64,000 nt of DNA, taken from NCBI GenBank assembly GCA_002358905.1, contig DEPT01000070.1, positions 14,866 to 78,865 on the forward strand, in the 5' to 3' direction. The position numbers were made by a program, and so were the translations under genes. The notes under the pieces are model-generated. The model was given only the letters and a program-made list of their open reading frames with translations. It was not told where the DNA came from and did no database searches. Below are positions 49,410 to 58,370 of this stretch, piece after piece. Source of the DNA: Akkermansiaceae bacterium UBA3385 (GTDB lineage Bacteria > Verrucomicrobiota > Verrucomicrobiia > Verrucomicrobiales > Akkermansiaceae). Within the stretch, counting starts at the first letter, position 1; every line of letters starts with the position of its first letter.

Positions 49410-49940
49410 TTATAACGAGGGATTATCACGATACTGCATGGGCCCCATGTGGTACATGGTTTCAAAAGCAAGTATCTCAGATTCTTCCATCAGCGGCCGA
49501 CTGAGCAACCAGAGTGGAATATCCGGCTGACCAGCCTGGTAGGCCAGCTGCACATGCGGATGAGACAGGCAGTAAAAACCGCAGGACTCATAAAAAGCCA
49601 GGCGACGGACCGACACAGAATCCACAGCAGGCTCAATCTCCACTATCACCCTGCCTTGCAACAACGCAAGAGCCTGGTGGCCCAGCCCCTGCCCCTGCCG
49701 TTCCGGTGTAATGGCGAGATGCTCCAGGTAAATCGTATCCTGCCACTGCCAGTATGCCAGGATACCCACAAAACCGCTTGCATCCGACAGGTGGAGGCAA
49801 TGGAAAGCAGTGTTCTGCATAGCAGCAACATGCCGTACTGACGAACGGCGCTCCGTAACAGGAAAGGATGATTCGTAAAGCTGCCACCATTCAGAAAAGA
49901 ATGGATGCAGAGATGATGAAATGGGGGCAGCTTGTATCAT
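49410..49940 (-). CDS. GNAT family N-acetyltransferase
   Basis: LYESSFP..ERR, YLEHLAI.PERQGQGLG and RRLAFYE.CGF. Confidence 0.9.
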   Translation of the reverse strand: MIQAAPISSSLHPFFSEWWQLYESSFPVTERRSSVRHVAAMQNTAFHCLHLSDASGFVGILAYWQWQDTIYLEHLAITPERQGQGLGHQALALLQGRVIVEIEPAVDSVSVRRLAFYESCGFYCLSHPHVQLAYQAGQPDIPLWLLSRPLMEESEILAFETMYHMGPMQYRDNPSL

Positions 49941-49954
49941 TGAGTTAAAGACAT

Positions 49955-50560
49955 TCAGATAAGCCTGTTCACTTTATCTCTGGTGTAGAGATAAAGAATT
50001 CCCACCCCGCCGACATACAGCACCAATTCTCCCAGTTCCTCAACCAGACAATCGTGCAGCAATTCATATACTAATCCTACCAGCAATCCGCTGAGGCACA
50101 GCAAAGCATCCCACGCAGGCACCCGGGTTGTATTCAGTACAGCCTTAATCTCCCTCCATACCTTGTGCCAGATAAAATACACGAGAAGCCACACCATATA
50201 CGCCCCTACCGCTACGTGAGCCAGCCAACCATACTCCATATCCGACCATTTCGGAAATTTTCTTACATCCACCGGGTCTGCAAAAACAAACAGTGTACGC
50301 CCGAAGTTAACCTCACGTGCCAGCACCAGAAAAATTACCAGAAAAGCAAAGCGGAACAATGTTTTATGATTGCGGGCAGTGAACGAAACCCACAGTGCAG
50401 CCGCCAGCACCAGCATCTGTACAGTTTCCACCGGGCTGTTTTTATCGCCGTAGGTTTCAGGCATTACCTGAGCACACACCACACATACCACACCCACCAG
50501 CATTGTAATCCAGGTAGTATACCTGAACTGCCAATCCACATACTTACCCATCTGCTTCAT
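49955..50560 (-). CDS. Hypothetical membrane protein (about 6 TM)
   Basis: Hydrophobic ORF with N.PVE.VQ, REVNFGR and EELGEL motifs. Confidence 0.7.
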   Translation of the reverse strand: MKQMGKYVDWQFRYTTWITMLVGVVCVVCAQVMPETYGDKNSPVETVQMLVLAAALWVSFTARNHKTLFRFAFLVIFLVLAREVNFGRTLFVFADPVDVRKFPKWSDMEYGWLAHVAVGAYMVWLLVYFIWHKVWREIKAVLNTTRVPAWDALLCLSGLLVGLVYELLHDCLVEELGELVLYVGGVGILYLYTRDKVNRLI

Positions 50561-50670
50561 GATTGATATTTTCTCCCGTTTTCTGAGTAATACCCCTCAG
50601 CTGTTAGCCAGATTAGCGCGTCAGGCGCCGCAAAGCAAGCAAAATCCAAAGTTATTTCCTTATTTAAGGA

Positions 50671-52020
50671 TTACTCTTCGTCCGGATGTTCTGCAGGTTC
50701 CTCAAGTTCCAGGCGCCGGGCAGGAGTGATTCCGAACTCGCAAAGCTGATCAATCTGGCGGCAGAGGCTGCCACGGCCGCTGCGGAACTGCCCCTCTGCC
50801 TGTTCATAAGCATTGGTCAGGGTATCAATGGAGCGCTTGATTTTCTCCATACTGGAGCCCACGGTAACACATTTCTTGTACAAAGACTCTGCACGGGAAA
50901 TGATATTCTGAACATTGCGAGACTGGCGTTCCTTCTGCCACAGATTATATGCGAGCTGCAGAGCCATGAGCAGATTAGTGGGGCTGATGAGAAGCACGCC
51001 GCGTGTATAGGCCTCGCGCACGAGCTCAGGCCGGGCTTGTACAGCCGCTATGTAAGCAGATTCATTCGGCATGAACATCAATACATGACCAATGGAACCG
51101 GGAACAATGGAAACGTAATCCTTTTCTGCCAGTTCCAGAATATGCTTACGTACGGAATCCACATGAGCACGCAGGGCGGCTTCCCGCTCTGCCACAGCTG
51201 TATCGGCATCCAGCTCAACCCATCGGGCATATGCTGTCAGAGACACCTTGGAATCGATAATAATCGTACGATTTTCCGGAAGATTCACCACCACATCCGG
51301 GCGGAACGCAGCACCTTTTTTATCCTTGAAGGTAAGTTGTGTAGAAAACTCTTCCCCCGGGCGCAGGCCACTACTTTCCAACAGGCGGGAAAGCATCATC
51401 TCGCCCCAGTCTCCCTGCATTTTCGAGTCACCTTTCAAGGCCCGTGTCAGGTTGGATGCATCGCGACTGATTCCATCTGCACGCTCCATAAGCTGTTTCA
51501 CGAGCGTCTCAATGCTGGTACGGGCCGTAGCATTGCCAGTGTTTGTATCTGAAACTGATTTGCGAAGTCCCTCCAGCTGTTCTTTCAGGGGTTGAATGAC
51601 ATTGCCCAGCTGCTCCACACTGCTGGCCTTGAGCTGCGTGGTATTCTGGTCCAGAATGCGTCGGGAAAGCTGTTCGAAACGCTCTTCCTGCTGCTTCAGG
51701 CGTTCCTGCCAGCGTTTTTCCTCCTCTTCTTTCTGCAGCTTCAGGAAATCGTTCTGCTGTTGCAGTGTGGCAGACTGGGCCTCCGCTTCCTGGCGGCGGA
51801 GTATTTCAGTCTGTTCAAACTGCGTCTGCTGCTGTTGGAAGCGCTCCTGCCAGCGGGATTCATCCGTCTCTTTCTGTTGCTGCAGGAAATCATTCTGCTG
51901 CTGCAGCGTTGACACCAGCGTATCCAGTTCCTTGCGTCGAAGCGTGGCAACCAGATACCCCACCAGGGTACCGATGCCCAGACCAAGCAATGCTGTAATA
52001 AAGAAATAAATCGCGTTCAT
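50671..52020 (-). CDS. rmuC: DNA recombination protein RmuC
   Basis: N-terminal TM, coiled coil, ALKGDSK.QG.WGE, RPDVVV.LP, IIDSKVSL and SPTNL. Confidence 0.95.
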   Translation of the reverse strand: MNAIYFFITALLGLGIGTLVGYLVATLRRKELDTLVSTLQQQNDFLQQQKETDESRWQERFQQQQTQFEQTEILRRQEAEAQSATLQQQNDFLKLQKEEEEKRWQERLKQQEERFEQLSRRILDQNTTQLKASSVEQLGNVIQPLKEQLEGLRKSVSDTNTGNATARTSIETLVKQLMERADGISRDASNLTRALKGDSKMQGDWGEMMLSRLLESSGLRPGEEFSTQLTFKDKKGAAFRPDVVVNLPENRTIIIDSKVSLTAYARWVELDADTAVAEREAALRAHVDSVRKHILELAEKDYVSIVPGSIGHVLMFMPNESAYIAAVQARPELVREAYTRGVLLISPTNLLMALQLAYNLWQKERQSRNVQNIISRAESLYKKCVTVGSSMEKIKRSIDTLTNAYEQAEGQFRSGRGSLCRQIDQLCEFGITPARRLELEEPAEHPDEE

Positions 52021-52030
52021 AGGGAAAACA

Positions 52031-53809
52031 TCAGGGAGTTGGTCCGCTATACGGCTGCACATCACGGGAGGTCAGATCCAGGGCGGAATTATAATACTGA
52101 GTCTCCAGGTTGAACAAACCCAGCAGCGTATGGAAGAAATGTTCGTGTGCCACGGTAAGCTGCGCATTCTCCCGCATCTGCTGCAAACGGGCAGCAAAAC
52201 CCGGATTCAGTCTCTCAAAGGACTCATTATACAGCACAAACATACCCACCTTGCAGCCACCGGTGGCATGATACTGAATATGTTTTTCACCCAAGGCAGC
52301 TCGTCCCCACATGCCATCGTGCCCCAGATACTCACCATGGTCGCTCACATAGAGATACACAAAGGGGCGGTCGCCCAGCAGCTCGGCAACCCGGCGGAAA
52401 TATTCATCCGTATAGTGAATGGAGCTGTCATAGGCATTGTTGACCTCTGCTGCCTGCGCGGCCGGATTCTGAAAATGGGAAGCCGCGGGTGCAAAGGGCG
52501 GATTCTGCCGGTCATAATGCTCAAAGGGTGTGTGACTACCCTCATTATTCACAAAGAACAGAAGATTCTGCCCGGCAGGCACACTCTGCAACACTTCCTG
52601 CATCTGCGGCACTGAGGACCATGGACTCCCGGGTGCGTTGAACTTCTGCTTCGAGCGGCGAGTCAACATAAGCACCACGCGGTCGTATTTCAACTTCTGG
52701 GCACAACGCCGCCCGAAAAAGGAGTACATGTCAAACCCGTTTGCCGTGAACAGCTCCAGCACCGAACCCGTCCGGGGCAGCATTTCCGGGCGTTTTTCCA
52801 TAATATCCCGGCGGGCATCAGTCAGAATGGCAATCTCTGCCTGGCAGGTATCGCAAGCTGCGGAAATACAGGTCGGGAAATTAATCAGATTCTTCTGGCT
52901 CCGGAGCCACGGAGTCGTATCCCGCTCGTAGCCATTGAGGCTCATACGGTCAGCCCGGATACTCTCCCCCACATGCACCACCAGCACCACACCTTCCCCG
53001 CCTTTCAGGGAATGAAGTCTGCTGGGAGACTCTGCCGGGGAAGAAAGGCTTTCCACCTGGTTTATAGTGGCTTCGTTAATGGTAAGGGCTTCACTGGCAG
53101 CGCTGTACAGCAAAGGAATCTCCGGCAGGGGCCAGTAAAAATCCTGTTTCTGTTTGTTAGGCGGCACACACAGTCCGAACAGGAGGGCCACACCACCAGT
53201 AAAACAAGCGGCATTGAACAACGCCAGGCTCTGCTGTTTCCGAAGAGCGCGGCGCAAGCCCCAGCAGAACAGAATGGAAAGTACCACGGAAAGCGCCAGC
53301 ATCCCCAGGTTGATGGGGGTCATGTATGCAAGCGCTTCCTCCCAGGATGCCTCAATCGTTTCCGCCACCACCAGAGAATTGATGCGTGAGCCATACTGCA
53401 AGTAGCCACATATCTGCATGATTTCCAGCACTAGGAAAAGCACCCAGAAGCCTATGGCCCCAGCACGAAGCACTGCCCACAGCAACAGGGTGAACGCCAT
53501 GGTCATGAGCACGGAAATATGCAGCTGCCAGGGCACATCATAAGCAAACAGGTTGCAGACACTGTCTACTGAAAATGAAAGAAGAAGCACCACCCACAGC
53601 GCACAGGCCCCGGGCAGTGCATCCTTTTTCAGACGGCGGGCAAGCCACATGCCCACCAACCCCAGCAGCGGCAGCGCAGCAGCGACATAGCCCCACCAGG
53701 GAAACTCAAAATCCACCCGCCAGGTATACGCACCCTTCCATGCCATGAAAGCTGCAACCAGCAGCACCACGACCATGAAAAAAAGGCGCGACTTTACCCA
53801 GCGTCTCAT
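52031..53809 (-). CDS. Phosphoethanolamine transferase (EptA/sulfatase-fold family)
   Basis: N-terminal TM domain; VGES.RAD.MSLNGYERDTTP, GSH, NAYD.SI.YTD and YVSDHGE. Confidence 0.88.
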   Translation of the reverse strand: MRRWVKSRLFFMVVVLLVAAFMAWKGAYTWRVDFEFPWWGYVAAALPLLGLVGMWLARRLKKDALPGACALWVVLLLSFSVDSVCNLFAYDVPWQLHISVLMTMAFTLLLWAVLRAGAIGFWVLFLVLEIMQICGYLQYGSRINSLVVAETIEASWEEALAYMTPINLGMLALSVVLSILFCWGLRRALRKQQSLALFNAACFTGGVALLFGLCVPPNKQKQDFYWPLPEIPLLYSAASEALTINEATINQVESLSSPAESPSRLHSLKGGEGVVLVVHVGESIRADRMSLNGYERDTTPWLRSQKNLINFPTCISAACDTCQAEIAILTDARRDIMEKRPEMLPRTGSVLELFTANGFDMYSFFGRRCAQKLKYDRVVLMLTRRSKQKFNAPGSPWSSVPQMQEVLQSVPAGQNLLFFVNNEGSHTPFEHYDRQNPPFAPAASHFQNPAAQAAEVNNAYDSSIHYTDEYFRRVAELLGDRPFVYLYVSDHGEYLGHDGMWGRAALGEKHIQYHATGGCKVGMFVLYNESFERLNPGFAARLQQMRENAQLTVAHEHFFHTLLGLFNLETQYYNSALDLTSRDVQPYSGPTP

Positions 53810-53818
53810 AGGCTTAAT

Positions 53819-54391
53819 TTAGTGCTTACCGCACTTGCATTCATGGCCATCGCCGTGCTTACCACAGCATTCGCCATCGCCGTGGTTTCCGCAGCAATCT
53901 TCACCATTGCCGCATTTGCACTCGTGCTTGCCGCAGGACTCGTTATCACAGTCACCGCAATCACCATGGCAACCACCGCCGCAGGAACATGCGCTCATCT
54001 GCTGGTTCATGGCATCAGCCACTTCTTCATCACTGGGAGCTGCGCCCTTCTCAATAGCAAGGCAGAGGTACTGATTCACGACGGAAAGCATATCGTCCAG
54101 CAGCTGGCGGGATTCCAGGAAGCCCTTACACAGTTCGTTCTCCACCACAGCAGAGCGAAGCTGATCAAACTTGTTCAATTCCTCCTCCGAAGGCGGCATG
54201 CCTTCCATGTGCTTGTTGCGCAGGGTTTCACCATATTCGCTCACCTTGCGGAAAAGGTCTGTGGCTTCAGGATTCTGGTAGAAAAGACCGATACGAGCCT
54301 TGGCGGCCACTACTTTCTGGCTGTTTGCAAAAGCGGAGGCAAGCTCGCCAGCCAGCTTTGCCAGTTCAGGGGTAAGGGAAGTATTTGCCAT
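53819..54391 (-). CDS. YlbF/YmcA (Com_YlbF, Ric) family protein with a long Cys/His-rich tail
   Basis: Helical N-domain (LAGELASAF...NPEATDLF...NELCKGFLESRQLLDDMLSVVN) followed by a C-terminal tail with 14 Cys and 6 His. Confidence 0.75.
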   Translation of the reverse strand: MANTSLTPELAKLAGELASAFANSQKVVAAKARIGLFYQNPEATDLFRKVSEYGETLRNKHMEGMPPSEEELNKFDQLRSAVVENELCKGFLESRQLLDDMLSVVNQYLCLAIEKGAAPSDEEVADAMNQQMSACSCGGGCHGDCGDCDNESCGKHECKCGNGEDCCGNHGDGECCGKHGDGHECKCGKH

Positions 54392-54447
54392 AACGCGCGC
54401 AAGATTAGCATACATCCCCCGATTTGGCAATCCCAGAGTTGTAAAAT

Positions 54448-54482
54448 CACCGGGGCTGAGAAGGATTTTCTCAGCCCCGGTG
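54448..54482 (-). terminator. Hairpin terminator after the SPFH-NfeD operon
   Basis: 15-bp stem caccggggctgagaa / ttctcagccccggtg, with an A-run on the left side. Confidence 0.75.
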
Positions 54483-54502
54483 CATAATTGAATGAGAATA
54501 TA

Positions 54503-54994
54503 TCAGCCCCCGCTGCGTTTCACGGAGGCAAAACCATCCTTCACCGCAGTAATGACCACGGCATCCCCGGCGGAGAAAGCAGCACGGGAATCCTCTGCCA
54601 GCGGCAGAAACTGGTCACCGTATTTCACGGAAAGAGAATCCCCCTCGCCCACGATGCGGCCCGCCGTTCCTGCCAGGGAGTCCTGCGCTTCCCGGGGCGC
54701 ATTGCGCATCACGCCATCCATCACCAGGCGGCGCACACAATGAGTCCAGAGAGTGTAATATAACACGGCGCAGACAATAAGCACCAGCACATAGACCAGC
54801 ACCATCCACTGCACCGGCAGCTCAAACTGCATGGTGGCCCACAAGGAAAACACCAGCATGGAAATCCAGGATAGCACTTCCGTATTGCAGAACACATCCA
54901 GCACCAGCAGCGTAAGGCTGACAGCCAGCATCCAATGCAGGAAGGTACCGTTAGAAATGCCAAAGAAATCGGCCAGGAAAAGAGCAACAGGCAT
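54503..54994 (-). CDS. NfeD-like membrane protein
   Basis: About three TM helices, then an OB-fold tail (L.G..GRIV...V..GD...GDAVVI.AV.DG.ASVK); adjacent to an SPFH gene. Confidence 0.8.
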   Translation of the reverse strand: MPVALFLADFFGISNGTFLHWMLAVSLTLLVLDVFCNTEVLSWISMLVFSLWATMQFELPVQWMVLVYVLVLIVCAVLYYTLWTHCVRRLVMDGVMRNAPREAQDSLAGTAGRIVGEGDSLSVKYGDQFLPLAEDSRAAFSAGDAVVITAVKDGFASVKRSGG

Positions 54995-55003
54995 AGCGTG
55001 AAA

Positions 55004-55834
55004 TCAGCGTTTCAAATCGACTACGGCGGGCACACTGTTAGGCAGGTACACGGTGGAAGCCGGATTGGTGGAAATCGTGGCGTAGCCTTCCAGTGCCTGA
55101 CGATTCATGAGCACCTTGGCCGCAGATTCGGCCCCGATGATGCCGGCCAGTTTCTCCACATAGGCAGCTTCCGCTTCTGCCGCCAGACGCAGAGCTTCGG
55201 CAGCACCCTGAGCCCGGAGAATAGCAGCCTGTTTCTCAGCTTCGGCCAGACGAATTTTGGCAGTGCTTTCGCCCTCCGCCTGCAAAGCTGTGGAACGACT
55301 GATACGCTCGGCCTCCATCTGGCGCAGCATGGCCTCGCGGGTTTCGGTATCAGTGGTAAGTTCCTTGATTTCAATAGAGGTAATGGCAATGCCCCAGCGG
55401 GCCACAGTGGAAGAAACAGCCAGAGTCACCTTTTCGGACATCTCGGAACGGGAGGAGAGAATTTCATCCAGATTCCGGCTACCGATAAGGGAACGCATTT
55501 CATTAAGCACCAGTTCAATGAGAGACTGATGCAGACGTTCCACCTCATACACAGCCTTGATAGGATCCGTAATGCGCCAGCGCATCACGCAGTTCATCTG
55601 CATGGTGGCGTTATCCTTAGTGATGCAGGAGCGAGGCTGCGTATCGAGCAGCTGTTCGGTCAGTTCAATGTAATAGCCATCCTTGTTGGACAAATTGCCC
55701 CAGGCAGGAGAGACATCACGGAGTTTCTGAAGAAAAGGAATACGGAATTGCAAACCGCTCTTCTTCACCGCAACGGGTTTGCCGAACATTTCCACAATAG
55801 CGCAATGGCCTTGCTTGACAGTAAAAATAAACAT
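55004..55834 (-). CDS. SPFH/band-7 (stomatin/QmcA-like) protein
   Basis: IVE.FGK, GL.F.IPF, ITKDNA, LDEILSSR, WGI, AM.RQMEAER and AEAEKQAAILRAQG.AEA. Confidence 0.93.
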   Translation of the reverse strand: MFIFTVKQGHCAIVEMFGKPVAVKKSGLQFRIPFLQKLRDVSPAWGNLSNKDGYYIELTEQLLDTQPRSCITKDNATMQMNCVMRWRITDPIKAVYEVERLHQSLIELVLNEMRSLIGSRNLDEILSSRSEMSEKVTLAVSSTVARWGIAITSIEIKELTTDTETREAMLRQMEAERISRSTALQAEGESTAKIRLAEAEKQAAILRAQGAAEALRLAAEAEAAYVEKLAGIIGAESAAKVLMNRQALEGYATISTNPASTVYLPNSVPAVVDLKR

Positions 55835-56029
55835 GCTGTCATCTTAACTACCAAACAGGCCATACGCAATACAGGGCTCTGTCATGCCATACAAAAGACA
55901 CAGGCCAGCATTCCTCCAGCTGTTAGTAAATGATTACCGGCTCTGAATTGTCTTTCCCTTGTGCGGAAAAAGCAATTCCGCATATACACAAAAGAAGCTA
56001 TTGCTTACAGGATAGCAACTCCGGCTCAG

Positions 56030-56057
56030 GCATAGCGGATGTCACAATCCGCTATGC
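56030..56057. terminator. Hairpin after the second thioredoxin-like gene
   Basis: gcatagcggat / atccgctatgc with a 6-nt loop. Confidence 0.6.
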
Positions 56058-56075
56058 TTTGCTGCATGCAGGAGT

Positions 56076-56648
56076 CTACTCTCCTTTAGAGGCTCGTTTT
56101 TTCGACTCGCGCTTTTCTTTCTGGAGTTGTTTTTTATATTCCTTGAGAATATCCTTCCATTTCATCATATTGGCGCCACCATTGCTTACCACAAAATTGC
56201 CATTGGCATCCACAATGCACATAGATGGGAAGCCCAGGTTTTCATAACTGACTCCGGGAATCTCGCCCAGCTCCGACGGCATCACCCCGGGAATATTGTA
56301 GTCATGTTCCTTCATGTACTTCTTCACCACCTCTTCGTCCTCCTGACCCAGAAGAATAAGCTCCATCTTGGCGCCTTTCATCTTATTGTACTCGCTGAGA
56401 AGCTGAGGCAAGAAATATTGGCAAGGGACACACCAACTGGCAGAACGGATAAATCCGTAATACTGAGCTTTCAGATTGGGTTTCTTACGAGTCAGAAACC
56501 TTGCCTTGGAAAGCAATTCAGGAACCGGTGCCATGGACTTGTTTTTTCTGGCCGCCGGACGCTCCGCAACCGGCGCTGTTTCTTCCTGGGCGCACACCAC
56601 GCAGGAGACGCAGTGCATCATGACAATGAGAAGGATTAAACGTTTCAT
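56076..56648 (-). CDS. Exported thioredoxin-like protein, paralogue of 10711-11277
   Basis: Signal peptide, SASWCVPC, GFPS and a Lys-rich C-terminus. Confidence 0.85.
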   Translation of the reverse strand: MKRLILLIVMMHCVSCVVCAQEETAPVAERPAARKNKSMAPVPELLSKARFLTRKKPNLKAQYYGFIRSASWCVPCQYFLPQLLSEYNKMKGAKMELILLGQEDEEVVKKYMKEHDYNIPGVMPSELGEIPGVSYENLGFPSMCIVDANGNFVVSNGGANMMKWKDILKEYKKQLQKEKRESKKRASKGE

Positions 56649-56669
56649 CTCCCATGCAGGTTGAGTGAT

Positions 56670-57770
56670 TCAGTAAATACGAGGCAAGCGCGGGCCAAGG
56701 CCGGTAAAAATCTCCCAGACAATGGTGCCGGCCTTCTCTGCCACCTCTGTCACAGGGATATGCTCACCGAAAAGCTCCACTTCATCCCCGGAGTTCACCT
56801 CTGGCAGGTCGGTCACATCGGCCATAATCTGATCCATCGTCACGCGCCCCAGCATGGGGCAAAAGTGGCCGTTGATGTACACACGGGCCCCCTTATTGGA
56901 AATCTGGCGGTTCCAGCCGTCCGCATAGCCTATGCCGATAGTCGCCACGCGCGTGGGGCGGTTCGTCACATGTGTACGGCCATAGGAAACACCATGTCCG
57001 GCAGGCAGTTCGCGCACCAGAGTCACGCGGGCATGCAGGCTGAGCGTCGTACGCAGCACTCCATCATATATGGAGGCCATGGGAGCCACACCGTAAAGCA
57101 GCAGACCGGGGCGAGCCAGGTTCGCCACAGGCACCTCATAGCCCAGTTCTCCCGCACTGGCGGCAATGTGACGGTAGCGCAAGTCAAAATGCTGCTGCAG
57201 CGTGCTCACGCAGCCCTCAAACACACCGATTTCATTCTGAGTGAAGGGCACATCCTCATCTGCCGAGGGGAAGTGAGACATCACGCCTTCAATACGCAGG
57301 TTCGGCATCTTCCCCAGCAGCGCAGCTACACCGCCCAGCTGTTCGGGCAGAAAGCCCTCGCGGCCCATGCCGGTATCCACCGCCACATGCAGGGCAAATT
57401 CCTTATTCTGCAGGGCTGCCAGGCTCTGAAAATGAGCAGCTTCCTCCATACTGGACACCGTGCAGCACCAGTTATTCTGCACAATCTCCTCGCGCTCTGC
57501 TGGGAAAGTCGGGCCCAGAATGAACGGTGTGGTGCGCACACCGGCGCGAAGCAACCGGCGAGCCTCGCCCACATTGGCCACGCCGAAGAAGGAAATCCCG
57601 TGATTATCCAGCCGTCGCGCCACCGGCTCCAGCCCGTGACCATACGCTCCCGCCTTCACCACCGGCATCAGCTCCGTATCAGGTAAGGCCTGGCGGGCAA
57701 TATCCAGGTTATGGGCTATGGCCTCCAGATTCACGCAGGCCCAGGCGCGCGCAGGACTCTCACTACTCAT
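56670..57770 (-). CDS. alr: Alanine racemase
   Basis: VVKAGAYGHG (PLP lysine), DTGMGREG, RPGLLLYG, GVSYG, IGYADG and GRVTMDQ. Confidence 0.97.
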   Translation of the reverse strand: MSSESPARAWACVNLEAIAHNLDIARQALPDTELMPVVKAGAYGHGLEPVARRLDNHGISFFGVANVGEARRLLRAGVRTTPFILGPTFPAEREEIVQNNWCCTVSSMEEAAHFQSLAALQNKEFALHVAVDTGMGREGFLPEQLGGVAALLGKMPNLRIEGVMSHFPSADEDVPFTQNEIGVFEGCVSTLQQHFDLRYRHIAASAGELGYEVPVANLARPGLLLYGVAPMASIYDGVLRTTLSLHARVTLVRELPAGHGVSYGRTHVTNRPTRVATIGIGYADGWNRQISNKGARVYINGHFCPMLGRVTMDQIMADVTDLPEVNSGDEVELFGEHIPVTEVAEKAGTIVWEIFTGLGPRLPRIY

Positions 57771-57933
57771 GCCCCGACTCTACCACGCACCTATCGTGCT
57801 GTCAAGGTTCAACCCCCTCAATATCTCTCGAACTTTGTTCGCAGAATTCTCTGTCCGCCAGGGAAATTTCCCCCGTCTCATCTGTTTTTCTGTGAAAAAC
57901 AGAGAGGATTTCGCAGCTTACGCTACAAGAGAA

Positions 57934-58362
57934 TACGCGTTGGAACAATTAGCGAAGAGATTTATTGTTCTGGCGAGCATATTTTTTAGCAAATTGATAA
58001 ATCGGACTTTGGCGGTGTGTTCATGCGCACGCAGTGCGCGGAATTTGGAGCCCACGGAAGTGGGCGTAAGACGGAAGGCCGGGGTAAGAGCGCGATAGCG
58101 CTCGCAGCCCCGGCTAATCCATAAAATAATATCAGAGCCCATGGAATGGGCGACAGAAAGTTTGGCTTCAATATGTTGCGTCGCCTTCTGTCACCCGTTA
58201 CCACGGGCTCCAGGATGATTTTATCAATACCGGGGGCTGCGCTCGCTGACGCGAGCTTACCCCCGGCTACCATCTTTCGCCCCTTACGGGGCTCAAAATT
58301 CGCTCGCCTGCGGCTCGACAAAGTCCAATTTGAAGGGCTGTTCCTAATTATGCCAACGCGTA
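57934..58362. repeat. ~430-bp nested imperfect palindrome (REP/REPIN- or MITE-like element)
   Basis: Outer arms tacgcgttggaacaattag / ctaattatgccaacgcgta (17 of 19 match), plus three further nested inverted segments around a centre near 58170. Confidence 0.8.
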
Positions 58363-58370
58363 AGAGAATT

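Noticed and set aside
55835..56030. Riboswitch in the long leader of the SPFH gene
   Set aside because: Only small hairpins (for example tgcggaa/ttccgca) are visible, with no recognisable aptamer consensus.
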